The position numbers and the translations under genes were made by a program. DNA of 56,573 nucleotides, from positions 1 through 56,573 of the forward strand of contig CAWHCF010000018.1 in NCBI GenBank assembly GCA_963827655.1. The letters are read 5' to 3'. The notes below the pieces were generated by a model. That model was not told the DNA's origin. It ran no database searches and worked only from the letters and a program-made list of their open reading frames with translations. Below are positions 11,247-22,489 of the stretch, one piece after another; within the stretch, counting starts at the first letter, position 1, and each line of letters opens with the position of its first letter. The stretch comes from an uncultured Acidobacteriota bacterium (GTDB lineage Bacteria; Acidobacteriota; UBA6911).

Positions 11247-11355
11247 CGAGGTAACCGCGAAGGCCCACTTTTCCCTCAGCACTTTTAACTTTTTACTTTC
11301 CCTTCAGCCCTTTTTACCTTTTACTGAAGGATGTGCCAGCGATTCAGAGTTAAGC

Positions 11356-12285
11356 ATGAGCCGTCGTGACCTCCTCTCGACGATGGGAGCCGCCATCGTA
11401 GCCGGCCTGCCGCGAACCGGGGCCGACGGGCGGCTCCAGGTATGCATTTTCTCCAAGCACCTGCAGTGGCTCGATTGGAACGAGATGGCGGGCACAGCCG
11501 CGGAGCTTGGTTTTGACGGCATCGACCTGACGCTGCGAAAGGGCGGACATGTCGAGCCCGAGCGCGCCGAACAGGACCTCCCCAGGGTGGCCGAGATCAT
11601 TCGAAAGGCAGGCCTCGCGTTGCCGATGGTCACTGCGGGGATTGTGGACGACCGCACCCCCCACGCCGAAACCATGCTCCGGGCCATCCACTCCGTTGGG
11701 GTGCGTCGCTACCGTTGGGGAGGTTTTCGCTATATCGAGGGCAAGCCAATCCCGGAACGTCTGGCCGAGCTTCGGCAAGACGCGGCCAGGCTGGGCGAGC
11801 TCAACCGCAAGTACGATGTTTGCGCCATGTATCACACCCACTCGGGCCTGGAGGTCGGCGCCCCGATCTGGGACCTCTGGGTCATCCTGAAGGACCTGGA
11901 TCCGGGGGTCCTGGGCGTCAACTTCGACGTCGCGCACGCAACGATCGAAGGAGGCCTTGGAGGCTGGATCGCGTCCCTGGGGCTGGTCGGACCGTGGATC
12001 CGCGGCGTGGCCATCAAGGACTTCCGGTGGGAGCGGAATGAGCGTGGAGAGTGGCGGCCGGCCTGGTGCCCTCTTGGCCAAGGAATGGTTAACTTCGGGC
12101 GTTTCTTTGCCAAGCTGAAGGAATCGAACTTCTCAGGCCCGGTGCAGCTGCATTTCGAGTATCCGCTCGGAGGAGCCGACACCGGCGCTCGTAAGCTCAC
12201 GATCGATCGCTCCCAGGTTCTCGCGCCCATGAGGCGCGACCTCGAGATGGTGCGCCGCTGGCTCCGGGAGGCCGGACTCGCCTGA
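11356..12285 (+). CDS. Tat-exported sugar phosphate isomerase/epimerase (xylose-isomerase-like TIM barrel)
   Basis: SRRDLL Tat motif; GFDGIDL, YHTHSG, NFDVAH, IKDF, LHFEY metal-binding motifs. Confidence 0.85.
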   Translation: MSRRDLLSTMGAAIVAGLPRTGADGRLQVCIFSKHLQWLDWNEMAGTAAELGFDGIDLTLRKGGHVEPERAEQDLPRVAEIIRKAGLALPMVTAGIVDDRTPHAETMLRAIHSVGVRRYRWGGFRYIEGKPIPERLAELRQDAARLGELNRKYDVCAMYHTHSGLEVGAPIWDLWVILKDLDPGVLGVNFDVAHATIEGGLGGWIASLGLVGPWIRGVAIKDFRWERNERGEWRPAWCPLGQGMVNFGRFFAKLKESNFSGPVQLHFEYPLGGADTGARKLTIDRSQVLAPMRRDLEMVRRWLREAGLA

Positions 12286-12292
12286 CAGGGAA

Positions 12293-12402
12293 CCTACCGC
12301 CAAGACACAGCGACTGACACACTGCAAAGTGTTCCTGGTGTTTCTTTGTGTCTTCGTGTCTTCGTGGTTAGCTCAATACATCTAAAACGCGAAGAAACAC
12401 CG
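12293..12402. repeat. cluster of REP-like elements (degenerate forward 12293-12320, reverse 12335-12370, partial forward 12385-12402)
   Basis: accgccaagacac...; ctggtgtttctttgtgtcttcgtgtcttcgtggtta; acgcgaagaaacacc. Confidence 0.8.
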
Positions 12403-12423
12403 AATCTCAAGGGAGGTGCCGCG

Positions 12424-15400
12424 ATGCCCGCAACCCGGGGTCAACCGAAATCGATCGAGACGCGGCTCGGACTGGTAATGTACGGCGGCGTGGCGCTCGC
12501 GATCTACATCAACGGCGTCGCGCGCGAGTTCTTCGGGCCGTACGCGGTAACGGCGTCTACAAATGGCTCAAGGCGCTGACCGACTCCGACATCGTGGTGG
12601 ATATCATCAGCGGCACTTCGGCGGGCGGCATTAACGGGATCATGCTCGCCTATGCGCTGGCGAACGAAAAAGAGTTTGGCGACGCGGCCAGCTTGTGGCG
12701 GCGAGACGGCGATATCCGCAGCCTTCTGCGCTCGCCGGGCGGCGGCGGCGACGGAGCGCCTTCTTTGCTGGACAGCGAAGGCTTCTATCAGCCCCGGTTG
12801 GAAGAGGCTTTCCGTCTGATGACCGCCTATCAGCCGCGCGACATGCATGAACTGGAGTTCAATTCTCCGGTGAAGGAACTCGACTTGTTCGTGACCGGGA
12901 CGGACGTGGACGGACGCATCGCCACGCTTTTTGACGATGCCGGACACCCGATTGACGTCAAGGATCATCGCTCGGTCTTCCTGCTCAAGCATCGCGCCGA
13001 CCGCAAAGAGCCGTTCAAGCCGGAGTCGGTAACTTACCAGGCGCTCGCCAAGCTGGCGCGCATCACCTCCTGCTTTCCTGCCGCTTTCTCGCCCGTCGGC
13101 GTGACCTGCCCGTCGACCGATGAGGAAAAACAGAAAGAGCCGGTGGACACGCGCCTGCAGGAATGGGGTCGCCTTGGCAAAGATGCAACTTTCCTTGACG
13201 GCGGCGTGATTGATAACAAGCCCTTCACCTACACGCTGCAAGAGATCTTCGGACGCATGGCCATTTGCAAAGTCGAGCGCAAGCTGTTTTACATCGAACC
13301 TGACCCCGAGAGCTTCCGGCGACCGGAGCGTGCCAGCCAGCCGAATGTGCTGCAAGCGGTTCTGGCGGCGCTGATCGGCATCCCGGGGTACGAGAGCATC
13401 TCGGAGGATCTCAAGCTGCTGGCGAAACACAATCGCAAGCTCAGCCGCTACAACCGTCTGCTCCAGGCGGCAAAGCAGCGCGACATAGGCCAGACGCATA
13501 TCGCCGCGTCTCCCCGGGAGCTGAATGAGGTCTATCAGCGCAGCCGCTTGATCTCGATCAGCGACCGCGTCGTCCAGGGCCTTTTGCGCGAACAATTCCG
13601 CGACATGCATCTGGCTGACCTGAGCAGCGCCGCATCGGTTCGGCGCTTTTCGCCGAGTTCGACAGATTCCAGAGCACGAGCCGGGACGCGGGCAGGATAA
13701 GCGAGGTCGAAATCATCCTCAGGGACTTCGACGTCTATTATCGCTTGCGGAGGCTCTATAGCATGGTCTACCTGCTCTACGATCTACTGTACGGCAAGGA
13801 GGCGCCCCCTTCGACCGAGGCCGAAAGACTGGAGCTGGTGAATCTGTGGCAAGCGATCAACCGCCAGATTGAACTGCTTGAGATCGTCCGCGCGCGCCTG
13901 GAGCGACTGGTGGACGAAATCGACGTCAAATGGGAAGAGCGATTCAGGAGGTGCGAGGTACGCTGGAAAGAGGGACAGCTCGCCAGCCGGGACGAGGCCG
14001 ATGCGGAAGCCGCGCGCGAAATCTGGGGGATCGTCGGCGCGGCGATGCATCATCTGCTGGATGCCGACGGCAAGGCCGGCCAGAAGGTGAAGGAAAGCTA
14101 CGTCACAGGGCCCGATGGAAGGTCACGAGTTGAAGAGCGAGCACCTGAGCGAGATCAACCAGACACTCAAGAGTTTGGCCGGTGAGGCGCGGCAAAAAGT
14201 CGACGCTGGAGAATTCGATGATTTCTCTCCGCTGGTCAAATCTCTCTTCACCCTGACCGATGACTATGAACGCCGGCTGCTCGACCGGCTCCTGCGCGGC
14301 CCGGGCTCCTGCTCAATCCCAGTCGACCGCATCCGATGCGCCACGTCCTCTGGGCGAAATCGTTCGCGAAGCCTATGACGACTTTGAGGCGCTCGACGAA
14401 GTGATGTTGCCCATAGAGTTGATAGGTGATCTGTACGAGAAAGATCCGATCGAGACCATCCGGATCAGCCCCGCCGATGCTAACAAGGGGTTCAGCGATA
14501 AGGGTCTGTCGGACAAAGTGGCGGGCGACGCGCTCTATCATTTCGCCAGCTTCTTCAAGCGCTCCTGGCGCTCGAATGACATTCTCTGGGGCCGGCTCGA
14601 CGGACTGTGCCAGATCGTCGAAACCCTGCTCACTCCGGACAAACTGCGCGAGATAGCCGGCAATCCAGGCGGGCGCAAGAGGCTGCGCGCGTTTTTCTTC
14701 GACCCAGCCGGGGAGTGGATTCCCGAAATGAGATCGTCCTGGCTCTTCCCCAACGCCGGGAAGAAGACTCAGGACGAACTGGAGCGCTGGATCAAGGACC
14801 TGCTGTGGGACGATGAAGACGAGGGGAAGCGCCGGGCGGCTCTGGCCGATGAGGCGTTCGGCGAACAGGTCAAACTCCTGATCGAAGCGGCCCAATTGGA
14901 GATTCTGCACAATGATGTGCCCAGCGTCATCAGCGACGCGCTCGAAGAACAGACGATCTGGAATCAATTCCGCATTTCGCCGGTCAAGTCGGCTCAGACA
15001 TACCGGCCGCGCGAAAATGGAGCCGGTGAGGGCAAGGATGATTTGTTTTCGTTCCAGCCAGGCGGTGGCCCGATTGATCACTTCGTCGGAGCTGTGGCAG
15101 CCGCCGCACAGTCGTTCACCAGGGCCGAGCAGCTCAAGGACGACGATAGCGCGCCCCGCCCCAGGGAGACCAAGCTCGGCAAGCTTTTCCGCCACCAGTA
15201 CAGGGTCGGGACCGAGGCATTGCTCCGCGATCTGCCGGCTCTAGTGCTGCTGGAAATTCTAGCTGTGGCGCTGCTCGTGCTGCGCGACTGTATCCTGTCG
15301 GTGTTCGGCCCAAACGCCCCGAAGATCAAGAAGAACACGCTTTACTTCCTGGGCATAGATCTGCCACTGCGGACCTTCTATGGGGCAGTGCTGTTGCTGC

Positions 15401-16404
15401 GACGCGCGCCACAATCCTGGGTGGCTTTGCAGATTGGCCTCTTTGTGCTGGCCTTGCTGGCTCTCCTGGTCGGCATTAACTGGCGCAATGAAATCTTGTA
15501 CACTCCGACCACCTTCGGTCCACAGCTGCAACTAAAATGGTTCGTGGTCTTCATCGCTCTGCCGCTTATGGTGCTTGCGGGCCAGGGAGTTTTCATCTGG
15601 AGAGGACGGATCGGCAAATGGCGTTGGGCGCGAGTGCTGCGCGACGCCCTGGTGGCTGCGCTGCTGGTCGCGCCCCTGCTTGTGTTGATCCTGACCTTTC
15701 AGACCCTCTCCCAAGTCGTCCTCCGGAATGCCACTGCACTCTATGAAATTGCGTATCACGCCGTCACCGTGCGCCTGTTCGCGCCGGGCTGGGTGGCTCA
15801 CATCATCACCGGACTGGCTATCGCGGGCTCTCTCCTTGGCATCGTGCTCGGTCTCTGGTGGCTCAACCGCATGGGTCGCAGCCAGCCGCTCAGCGAGCAG
15901 GAACTGCGCTTCGCGCTGGAGAACTACTTTTCGCTCGAAAAACTGACACTGGTGGGTCGGCGGGTCTTTGACCTGGACAAGGCTCAGTTCGAAGAATGGG
16001 TCAGGCCGGCCAAGATGATGACGTGGAAGAAGCTGAAGCATGAACTGGACAAGACCCTGACGCACGATAAGGTCAGGATCGTCGGCGACAAGCTCCATGC
16101 CGCGCCCAGTGAGTCCGTTTCCTGGGAGGAAGTGCGCAAGGCGCTCAAAGAGTCGGCCGAGTTGGACGAAGTAGATCTGGATGCGCTCGCTAACCAGATC
16201 GGCATTACCAGGCTGGTGGCATCGCACCTGGTGGCACAGGTCAAACAGCAGCCCACGCGGGTCAAGCGCGGGAGAAAGCTGCTCGATAAACTTGTGATCG
16301 CGAAGCAGGCAGCCCGTGAACTGCTGGCACAAGCCAGACAGCGAGACAGGTTCGCCCGGCTGGAGCAGGAGATCCGCGCCATCAACCCCGAAGTATTGCG
16401 CTAG
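12424..16404 (+). CDS. large patatin-like protein (DUF3376-type) with C-terminal TM helices and a soluble tail; frameshifts ~12535, ~13640, ~14125, ~14310
   Basis: GGAGG RBS; YGGVALAIY glycine loop, GTSAG nucleophile elbow, DGG, HFASFFKRSWRSNDILWGRLDG (DUF3376-like); several hydrophobic helices; collinear ORF pieces. Confidence 0.8.
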
Positions 16405-16410
16405 GGGGCT

Positions 16411-16447
16411 AACAAATACCACCAGGACACGAAGAAACGAAACCAGG
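16411..16447 (+). repeat. REP-like element (forward)
   Basis: aacaaataccaccaggacacgaaga is identical over 25 nt to 49779-49803. Confidence 0.8.
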
Positions 16448-16602
16448 GGGACTACATTTGCTGCGGAAACGGTGGTATACTCGCCCGATCCTTCCCGAAA
16501 CCGCCATGACCTGCTCGGGTAAAAAATATAAACCCTTAGCGTCCCGGTGTCGGCGTGTGAGTCCGTGACGCGTCGACCTCAGGGATCACAAGGAGTAATC
16601 GA

Positions 16603-17598
16603 ATGAACAGATTAACCGTCGTTGCTGCCGTAGGTTTGATGGCCGTCGCTCTCGGCTACGCGGAGCAGGGGTGGTATCCCCATGAGGGGGGACTGCTCAA
16701 GTACCGGGTCAACATTCGCTTTGGCGAAGAGCCCGCCGACACCATGCCGGAGGGGTGGAAGTTCGGCCGCGTCTCAGCCGTCGCAACCGACAGTGAGGGG
16801 CAGGTCTACGTCTTTCATCGCGGTAAGAAGGCCGATCCTATTGTTGTGTTCGACTCCAAAGGAACCTATCTCCGCTCCTGGGGGAAAGGAATGTTCGGGA
16901 ACCCGCACGGTCTTCGAGTAGACAAAGATAACAATGTCTGGATCACCGACAACGGGGATCACCAGGTTATGAAGTTCACCAAAGATGGAAAGCTGCTTCT
17001 CACCCTGGGGATCAAAGCGAAAGCCGCGACCGATGAGAAGACGTTCAATCGGCCCACCGACATTGCTTTTGCTCCTTCAGGCGAGTTTTACGTCTCAGAC
17101 GGTTACGGCAACTCGCGCGTGGTGAAATTCTCCAAGGATGGAAAGTACCTCATGGCCTGGGGCAAAAAAGGGAGCGGGCCGGGCGAGTTCGACACGCCTC
17201 ATTCGATCGCCGTGGACTCGAAGGGCACCGTCTATGTCAGTGACCGCGAGAACAATCGGATCCAGATCTTCGATGCGGATGGAAAGTTCCTGCGCCAGTT
17301 TACTAATCTGGGGGCGACCCAGAACGTCTTCATCACGCCCAAGGATGAGATGTGGATCATCACGCACCGCAACAACATCGAGAATATCACTTACGACACA
17401 CTGGCTGGACGAATCATGCGCATCGACACCGCGACCGGCCGCATTCTGGGATCGATGGAGAGTCCCGGGCACTGGTTGAACGTCAGCGCCAAAGGAGAGA
17501 TTTTCATCGGCAGCCTGACCGGTAATGTCTTTCGCTGGTACCCCGCATGGCTGGACCGGGGTCTCGGTTCCGAAGAAGGTCTTCGGCCGCCGAACTAA
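16603..17598 (+). CDS. secreted NHL-repeat protein (peptidyl-alpha-hydroxyglycine alpha-amidating lyase family)
   Basis: AAGGAG RBS; signal peptide; PHGLRVD, FNRPTDIA, SDGYGNSRV, GEFDTPHSIAVD, DRENNRIQ motifs. Confidence 0.88.
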   Translation: MNRLTVVAAVGLMAVALGYAEQGWYPHEGGLLKYRVNIRFGEEPADTMPEGWKFGRVSAVATDSEGQVYVFHRGKKADPIVVFDSKGTYLRSWGKGMFGNPHGLRVDKDNNVWITDNGDHQVMKFTKDGKLLLTLGIKAKAATDEKTFNRPTDIAFAPSGEFYVSDGYGNSRVVKFSKDGKYLMAWGKKGSGPGEFDTPHSIAVDSKGTVYVSDRENNRIQIFDADGKFLRQFTNLGATQNVFITPKDEMWIITHRNNIENITYDTLAGRIMRIDTATGRILGSMESPGHWLNVSAKGEIFIGSLTGNVFRWYPAWLDRGLGSEEGLRPPN

Positions 17599-17619
17599 TC
17601 TTAATACACGATTGATCGT

Positions 17620-17702
17620 CGCGTTTCTTCGTGTCTTCGAGTCTTTGTGGTTAATACGGCTAAACAAACCCCACGCCCAAGATACGAAGACTCGAAGAAG
17701 AA
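17620..17702. repeat. REP-like doublet (reverse 17620-17653, forward 17672-17702)
   Basis: gcgtttcttcgtgtcttcgagtctttgtggtta ... cccaagatacgaagactcgaagaa. Confidence 0.85.
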
Positions 17703-17718
17703 CTGAACAGGAGGTGGT

Positions 17719-20700
17719 ATGTATTCACGTCTCAGGTCCGTTAGCTTCGCGTTATTCGCTTTACTTTATCTGGCGGCTCCGGTTGACCTGCACGCGCAGG
17801 TAACGACCGCCGATCTCGTTGGAACCGTGAAGGACGGCTCGGGAGCGGTCGTGGCCGGAGCGCAAGTGACCGCAACCAATGAGGCCACCGGCGTCAGCCG
17901 CGCCGTTCACACGGATACTGCGGGGAATTATCTGATCACTCAGTTGCACCCCGGCCGCTACATCCTCACGGCTGAAATCCCCGGGTTTCGCAAGCTGGTC
18001 CAGAAAGGAATCGAGCTTCAGGTAAACCAGCGCGCCCAGATCGATCTCGTGCTCCAGATCGGAGAGGTCAGCGAAATCGTGTCGGTAGAGGGGACGGCGC
18101 CGCTGCTGGAAAGCCAATCCTCGGTCCTGGGGAGTGTGATTTCGGAAACCCAGGTTCAGGATCTGCCGCTGAACGGGCGCAACTTTGTTCAACTCGCCAT
18201 CCTGACTCCGGGGGTTTCGGGCACAGGGTATGGCGCGCGCGGGACGATCATGAGCGGCACGCGTCCCGACGATCAGCGCCCCGGGAGCGAGCTCTTTGTC
18301 AATGGCAACCGCGAGAACGCCAACAACTACCTGTACGACGGCATCGACAACAACGATCGGCTGACGCTGGCCCTGGTCATCCGGCCTGCGATCGAGGCCA
18401 TCAAGGAATTCAAGATCCAGACCAACCTGTACTCCGCCGAGCAAGGCCGCAACCCAGGGGGTCAGATCGATGTGGTGACCAAGTCAGGCACCAATGAAAT
18501 TCACGGCGCGGCCTACGAGTTCCTGCGCAATTCAGCCCTGGACGCGAAGAATTTCTTCGACCGACCCACGGATAAAATTCCCCCTTTCAAGCAAAACCAG
18601 TTCGGTTTCGCGATCGGCGGGCCGATCCGGAAGAACCGGACCTTCTTCTTCGGCGATATTGACTTCTTCCGCCAGCGCCGGTCGCTGACTTTCGTCAATA
18701 CTGTCCCCACCGCCAGGATGCGCTCCGGGGACTTCGGCGAGGTTCCCGGGATCATTTACGATCCGCTGACCACCCGGACCGATCCTAATAATCCCAGCGG
18801 ATTCATTCGCGATCCCTTCCCCGGCAACATAATCGCGTCCAACCGCTTTGACCCGGTTACGGCAAAGCTGATGAATGCCTACCCGCTTCCGACCACTTCG
18901 GCGCTGGCCAACAACCTGGTGACTAATCCCACCAGGAAGCAGGACTGGAACCAGTTTGATGTCCGGGTCGACCACCTGATCAACGATTCGAACAGTTTCT
19001 TTACCCGTTACTCCTATTCGAAAACCGACACGGTTTCTCCTCTGACGTTCCCCCCGGTCCAGATTCCCGGCGTTCCGCAAGCGATCGGAGTCGGAAACGA
19101 AGACACCTTTGCCGGAACCGCTGCATTGACGGCCCAGCACGTGGTCTTGAACCTGGTTCATACCTTCTCACCTCGCGTCATCGCGGATGTGCGGGTGGGA
19201 TTCAATCGATTCAACCTGGACTATACCCAGGAGGGATCCGAGTTCGGCGAGCCGCTGGGCAATTTGCTGGGAGTCCCCAACGCCAACCAGCACGAGACGG
19301 CCCTGGCCTTCCCCATCTTCAGCCCGGGTGGATATACCGGCGTGGGGCATAGCCGGTCGCTCCCGATCTTTCGCAGAGAAAATACTTTCCAGTATGTGGG
19401 CAACGTCACGATAAGCCAGGGCGCTCACACGCTCAAAACCGGCCTTGACATCCGGCGGCGCCAGCTGACGGAATTCCAGACCAATCGCGGCAACGGGCGC
19501 TTCAATTTCAGTCCCAGTATTACGAACAATCCCCAGAACAATAGCGGTGGACATAGCATGGCCAGCTTCCTCCTGGGGGCTCCGAGCCTGATCGAGCAGG
19601 ACTATCTCCTGGCCTGGGTGGGAATTCGCGGCACCGAATACAGCGCCTATATTGCGGATGACTGGAGGGCTAGTTCCAGACTGACGTTCAATCTGGGGCT
19701 GCGCTACGAGCTGGACACCCCGTATAACGAGGTCGCAAATCGCTGGGCCAACTTCGATCCCGTGACCGCCACGGTGTTGATTGCAGGCCGTAACGGCGTA
19801 GGCAAGAGCGCCGGCGTGGAAACCTGGAAGCGCGGTTTCGCTCCGCGCTTTGGTTTCGCTTATTCTTTATCCAGCCGAACCGTGATTCGCGGCGGCTACG
19901 GCATCTTCTACAATACCGCCGGGCATGGCGGCAACATTCTGCGGCTTCAACGGCACGTCCCATTTGGACCGATCTACAGCTTTAATCCCGGGAACTTCTT
20001 CGTCTCCCGCCGAGTCAACGATGGATTTCCCGATATTCCGGCTCTCAACCTGGCCTTTGCCGACAATCCGAGCGGGGGCGTGATCGGCGTCATCCCGACT
20101 TACAAGCCAGGGTATGCCCAGCAGTTCAACCTGATCCTGGAACATGAAATCGCCCCCTGGAGTCTGCTGTTCAAGGGCGGTTATGTGGGAAACCTCGGCC
20201 GGCGCGTGGACAGCACGATCGATCTCAACCAGCCTCTTCCGGGGCCGGGAGCCGTCAACAATCGGAGGCCATTCTTCGGTGTCCGTCCCGACCTCGCAGG
20301 TATCACGTATGCACTTGCCGACGGGTTGAGTTCCTATCACGCCCTCCAGTTCAGCGCCGAGAAGCGATTCACCGCCGGCTTGAGCTTTCTCGGCTCATAT
20401 ACGTGGGGACACTCCATCGATAACGTGCCCACTGCCTTTGGCGGCGGCGCCGACGGACCCGTCCCGCAGGACAATCGCAACCGAAGGGCCGATCGAGGGA
20501 ATTCTCCATTTAATCTCGACCAGCGCTTCACCTTCAGCTGGAATTATCAGATTCCTTTCGGCAAGAGCGGGAGCTCGCTGAAAGACAAGGGCATTACCCG
20601 CGCGATCCTGGGCGGATGGCAGATGAATGGAATCGCCACCGCGCAGACCGGTCTCCCCTTCACGCCGACGCTCGCCAGCGCAACCGTGAATACAGGAGGC

Positions 20701-21045
20701 GGGAGCCGTCCGGATCGCGTCGCCGACGGCAAGCTGGACGACGCAGATCCAACTCGCTGGTTTGACCCGGCTGCGTTCACGTCTCCGGCTCAATTCACCT
20801 ACGGTAATGCCGGACGAAATATTCTGGATGGGCCGGGACGGGTGAACTTCGATTTTTCCCTCTTCAAAGATTTTCCCATCACGGAGGGATCGAAGATCCA
20901 GTTTCGAACCGAATTCTTCAACCTCTTTAACACGCCGCAGTTCGATCTGCCCAATGCGGCGATCGGAGTGGGCAATGCGGGGACCATTACGGGTATCGTC
21001 GGCATTCCCCGCCAGATTCAGTTCGGTTTGAAGTTCGTGTTCTAG
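17719..21045 (+). CDS. Oar-type TonB-dependent receptor with carboxypeptidase-regulatory-like N-domain
   Basis: GGAGG RBS; signal peptide; LPLNGRNF, TKSGTNEIHG, QNQFGFAIGGPI, C-terminal RQIQFGLKFVF. Confidence 0.93.
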   Translation: MYSRLRSVSFALFALLYLAAPVDLHAQVTTADLVGTVKDGSGAVVAGAQVTATNEATGVSRAVHTDTAGNYLITQLHPGRYILTAEIPGFRKLVQKGIELQVNQRAQIDLVLQIGEVSEIVSVEGTAPLLESQSSVLGSVISETQVQDLPLNGRNFVQLAILTPGVSGTGYGARGTIMSGTRPDDQRPGSELFVNGNRENANNYLYDGIDNNDRLTLALVIRPAIEAIKEFKIQTNLYSAEQGRNPGGQIDVVTKSGTNEIHGAAYEFLRNSALDAKNFFDRPTDKIPPFKQNQFGFAIGGPIRKNRTFFFGDIDFFRQRRSLTFVNTVPTARMRSGDFGEVPGIIYDPLTTRTDPNNPSGFIRDPFPGNIIASNRFDPVTAKLMNAYPLPTTSALANNLVTNPTRKQDWNQFDVRVDHLINDSNSFFTRYSYSKTDTVSPLTFPPVQIPGVPQAIGVGNEDTFAGTAALTAQHVVLNLVHTFSPRVIADVRVGFNRFNLDYTQEGSEFGEPLGNLLGVPNANQHETALAFPIFSPGGYTGVGHSRSLPIFRRENTFQYVGNVTISQGAHTLKTGLDIRRRQLTEFQTNRGNGRFNFSPSITNNPQNNSGGHSMASFLLGAPSLIEQDYLLAWVGIRGTEYSAYIADDWRASSRLTFNLGLRYELDTPYNEVANRWANFDPVTATVLIAGRNGVGKSAGVETWKRGFAPRFGFAYSLSSRTVIRGGYGIFYNTAGHGGNILRLQRHVPFGPIYSFNPGNFFVSRRVNDGFPDIPALNLAFADNPSGGVIGVIPTYKPGYAQQFNLILEHEIAPWSLLFKGGYVGNLGRRVDSTIDLNQPLPGPGAVNNRRPFFGVRPDLAGITYALADGLSSYHALQFSAEKRFTAGLSFLGSYTWGHSIDNVPTAFGGGADGPVPQDNRNRRADRGNSPFNLDQRFTFSWNYQIPFGKSGSSLKDKGITRAILGGWQMNGIATAQTGLPFTPTLASATVNTGGGSRPDRVADGKLDDADPTRWFDPAAFTSPAQFTYGNAGRNILDGPGRVNFDFSLFKDFPITEGSKIQFRTEFFNLFNTPQFDLPNAAIGVGNAGTITGIVGIPRQIQFGLKFVF

Positions 21046-22487
21046 TTTCGCGTCTTTGCGTCTTGGCGGTTGGTTGGCTGCGAACCGATGCCGAAAGTGC
21101 GGGCGGCGTAGCCGGAGGAGACGGGCTTGACCTTCCTCAGGGTCTCTGCCCAGCTCTTGTGACCGTACTTCTTCTCGAACTCGGAAACGGCCGCCTGGTA
21201 TTCTTCGAGCAGCCGCCGCTTGACCGCCGGCTCGGCAAAGGAATAGGTGAGGCTGTTCCGGCCCAACTCCACAATCTCGTCCCAGGTCAGGTTGAAGTGA
21301 GTGACCGCCGTGTAGTATTCGTCAGTCATATTTGAATCCCACACACCCGGGTCGTCGGTGTTCAGACAGACAGGGATTCCGAATCGCAGGAATTCAGGGA
21401 AGGGGTGTTTCGACAAGTCGGGCACGTATTCGAGCAGGCGGTTGCTGATAAGGTTGATTTCAACCAGATACCTGTTGTTGCGCATCAAGAGCATCGTGTC
21501 GGGATCGGTAATCAGATTCAGACCATGACCGATCCGCGTGGCGCCCAGCAATAGCGTGTCGCGAACGTTGGGGCCCGGGGAGTCGACCTCACCACCGTGG
21601 ATGGACAGTCCGATGCCGCTGTAAGTTCGACGCATCTTGCGGAAAGTATCCAGAAACCGGAGCGCGAATCCTTTGTCATTGTCCTCGCGCCCGCCATGTT
21701 GATGCCTACCCATAGATCTCGATTCCGGTCGACAAACTTGTAGTTGTTTTCCAGGGTCTGTTCGGCCTGGGGACTGAAGCGAAGCATGTTGCTTTGAAAT
21801 CGCACCGTGACACCGGTAGCCTTGGCTTCGGGCCGGCTGAGCGCCTCCCGCCAGATCTGCGCGGCTTTCTCGGCATCGATAGCATTCCCTTCCTGGTCGC
21901 GAAAGTTGATGGTGACCTGGGGTTCCAGGTAGCGCAGGCCTTCTGCGCCAAACCGTTTCATATTCTGGATCAAGAGCTCGGTCGCGATATTGGGATCCCG
22001 GGCGAGTTCGTTCAGCCGCCCGACAATCACTTCGAAGAATTCATGGCGCCCCTCGCCTTCGGCATCGAGCTTCATGGCGGACAGCCACTGCTGCTTGAGC
22101 GCCGGAGTCAACTTTGCCAGCGGTTGGTATTCTGATTTGCCGCAATTGCTGAGCTGGTTGTAGGTAGTTCGCTGGATGGTCCGGAAGAGCAGGAGCGGAT
22201 CGGTGGTCTCCGGACAATTAGCGATCTTTGTGCGAGTGTAGTATTCGTTGCCCGCGCGTTACCTTCGGACTGGTTGCGGCTTCGTACCACATCTCCGGCA
22301 GGTAGGATAACCCGAGATGATTGTGCAGGTCCCCGCCTTTGGGAAGATCGTACAGAAACGCATAGAGCTGCTCTTTATTCGCGGTCTTCTTGATCTCTTC
22401 GAATGTTTGGAAAAACCCCTGGGGGAAGGCTGAACCGCATAACCACGAAGACACGAAGACACCAAGAAACACCAAGCATCTAGTCAC
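21042..22487 (-). CDS. secreted adenosine deaminase, ADA2/ADGF-like (frameshifts ~22255 and ~21690)
   Basis: GGAG plus GTG start at 22487; LPKGGDLHNH, SIHGGE, RIGHG, NTDDPG amidohydrolase motifs spread over three collinear ORFs. Confidence 0.82.
21045..21072 (-). repeat. REP-like element (reverse), inside the 3' end of the deaminase gene
   Basis: gtttcgcgtctttgcgtcttggcggttg. Confidence 0.75.
22440..22476 (+). repeat. REP-like element (forward), inside the 5' end of the deaminase gene
   Basis: taaccacgaagacacgaagacaccaagaaacaccaag. Confidence 0.88.
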
Positions 22488-22489
22488 GA

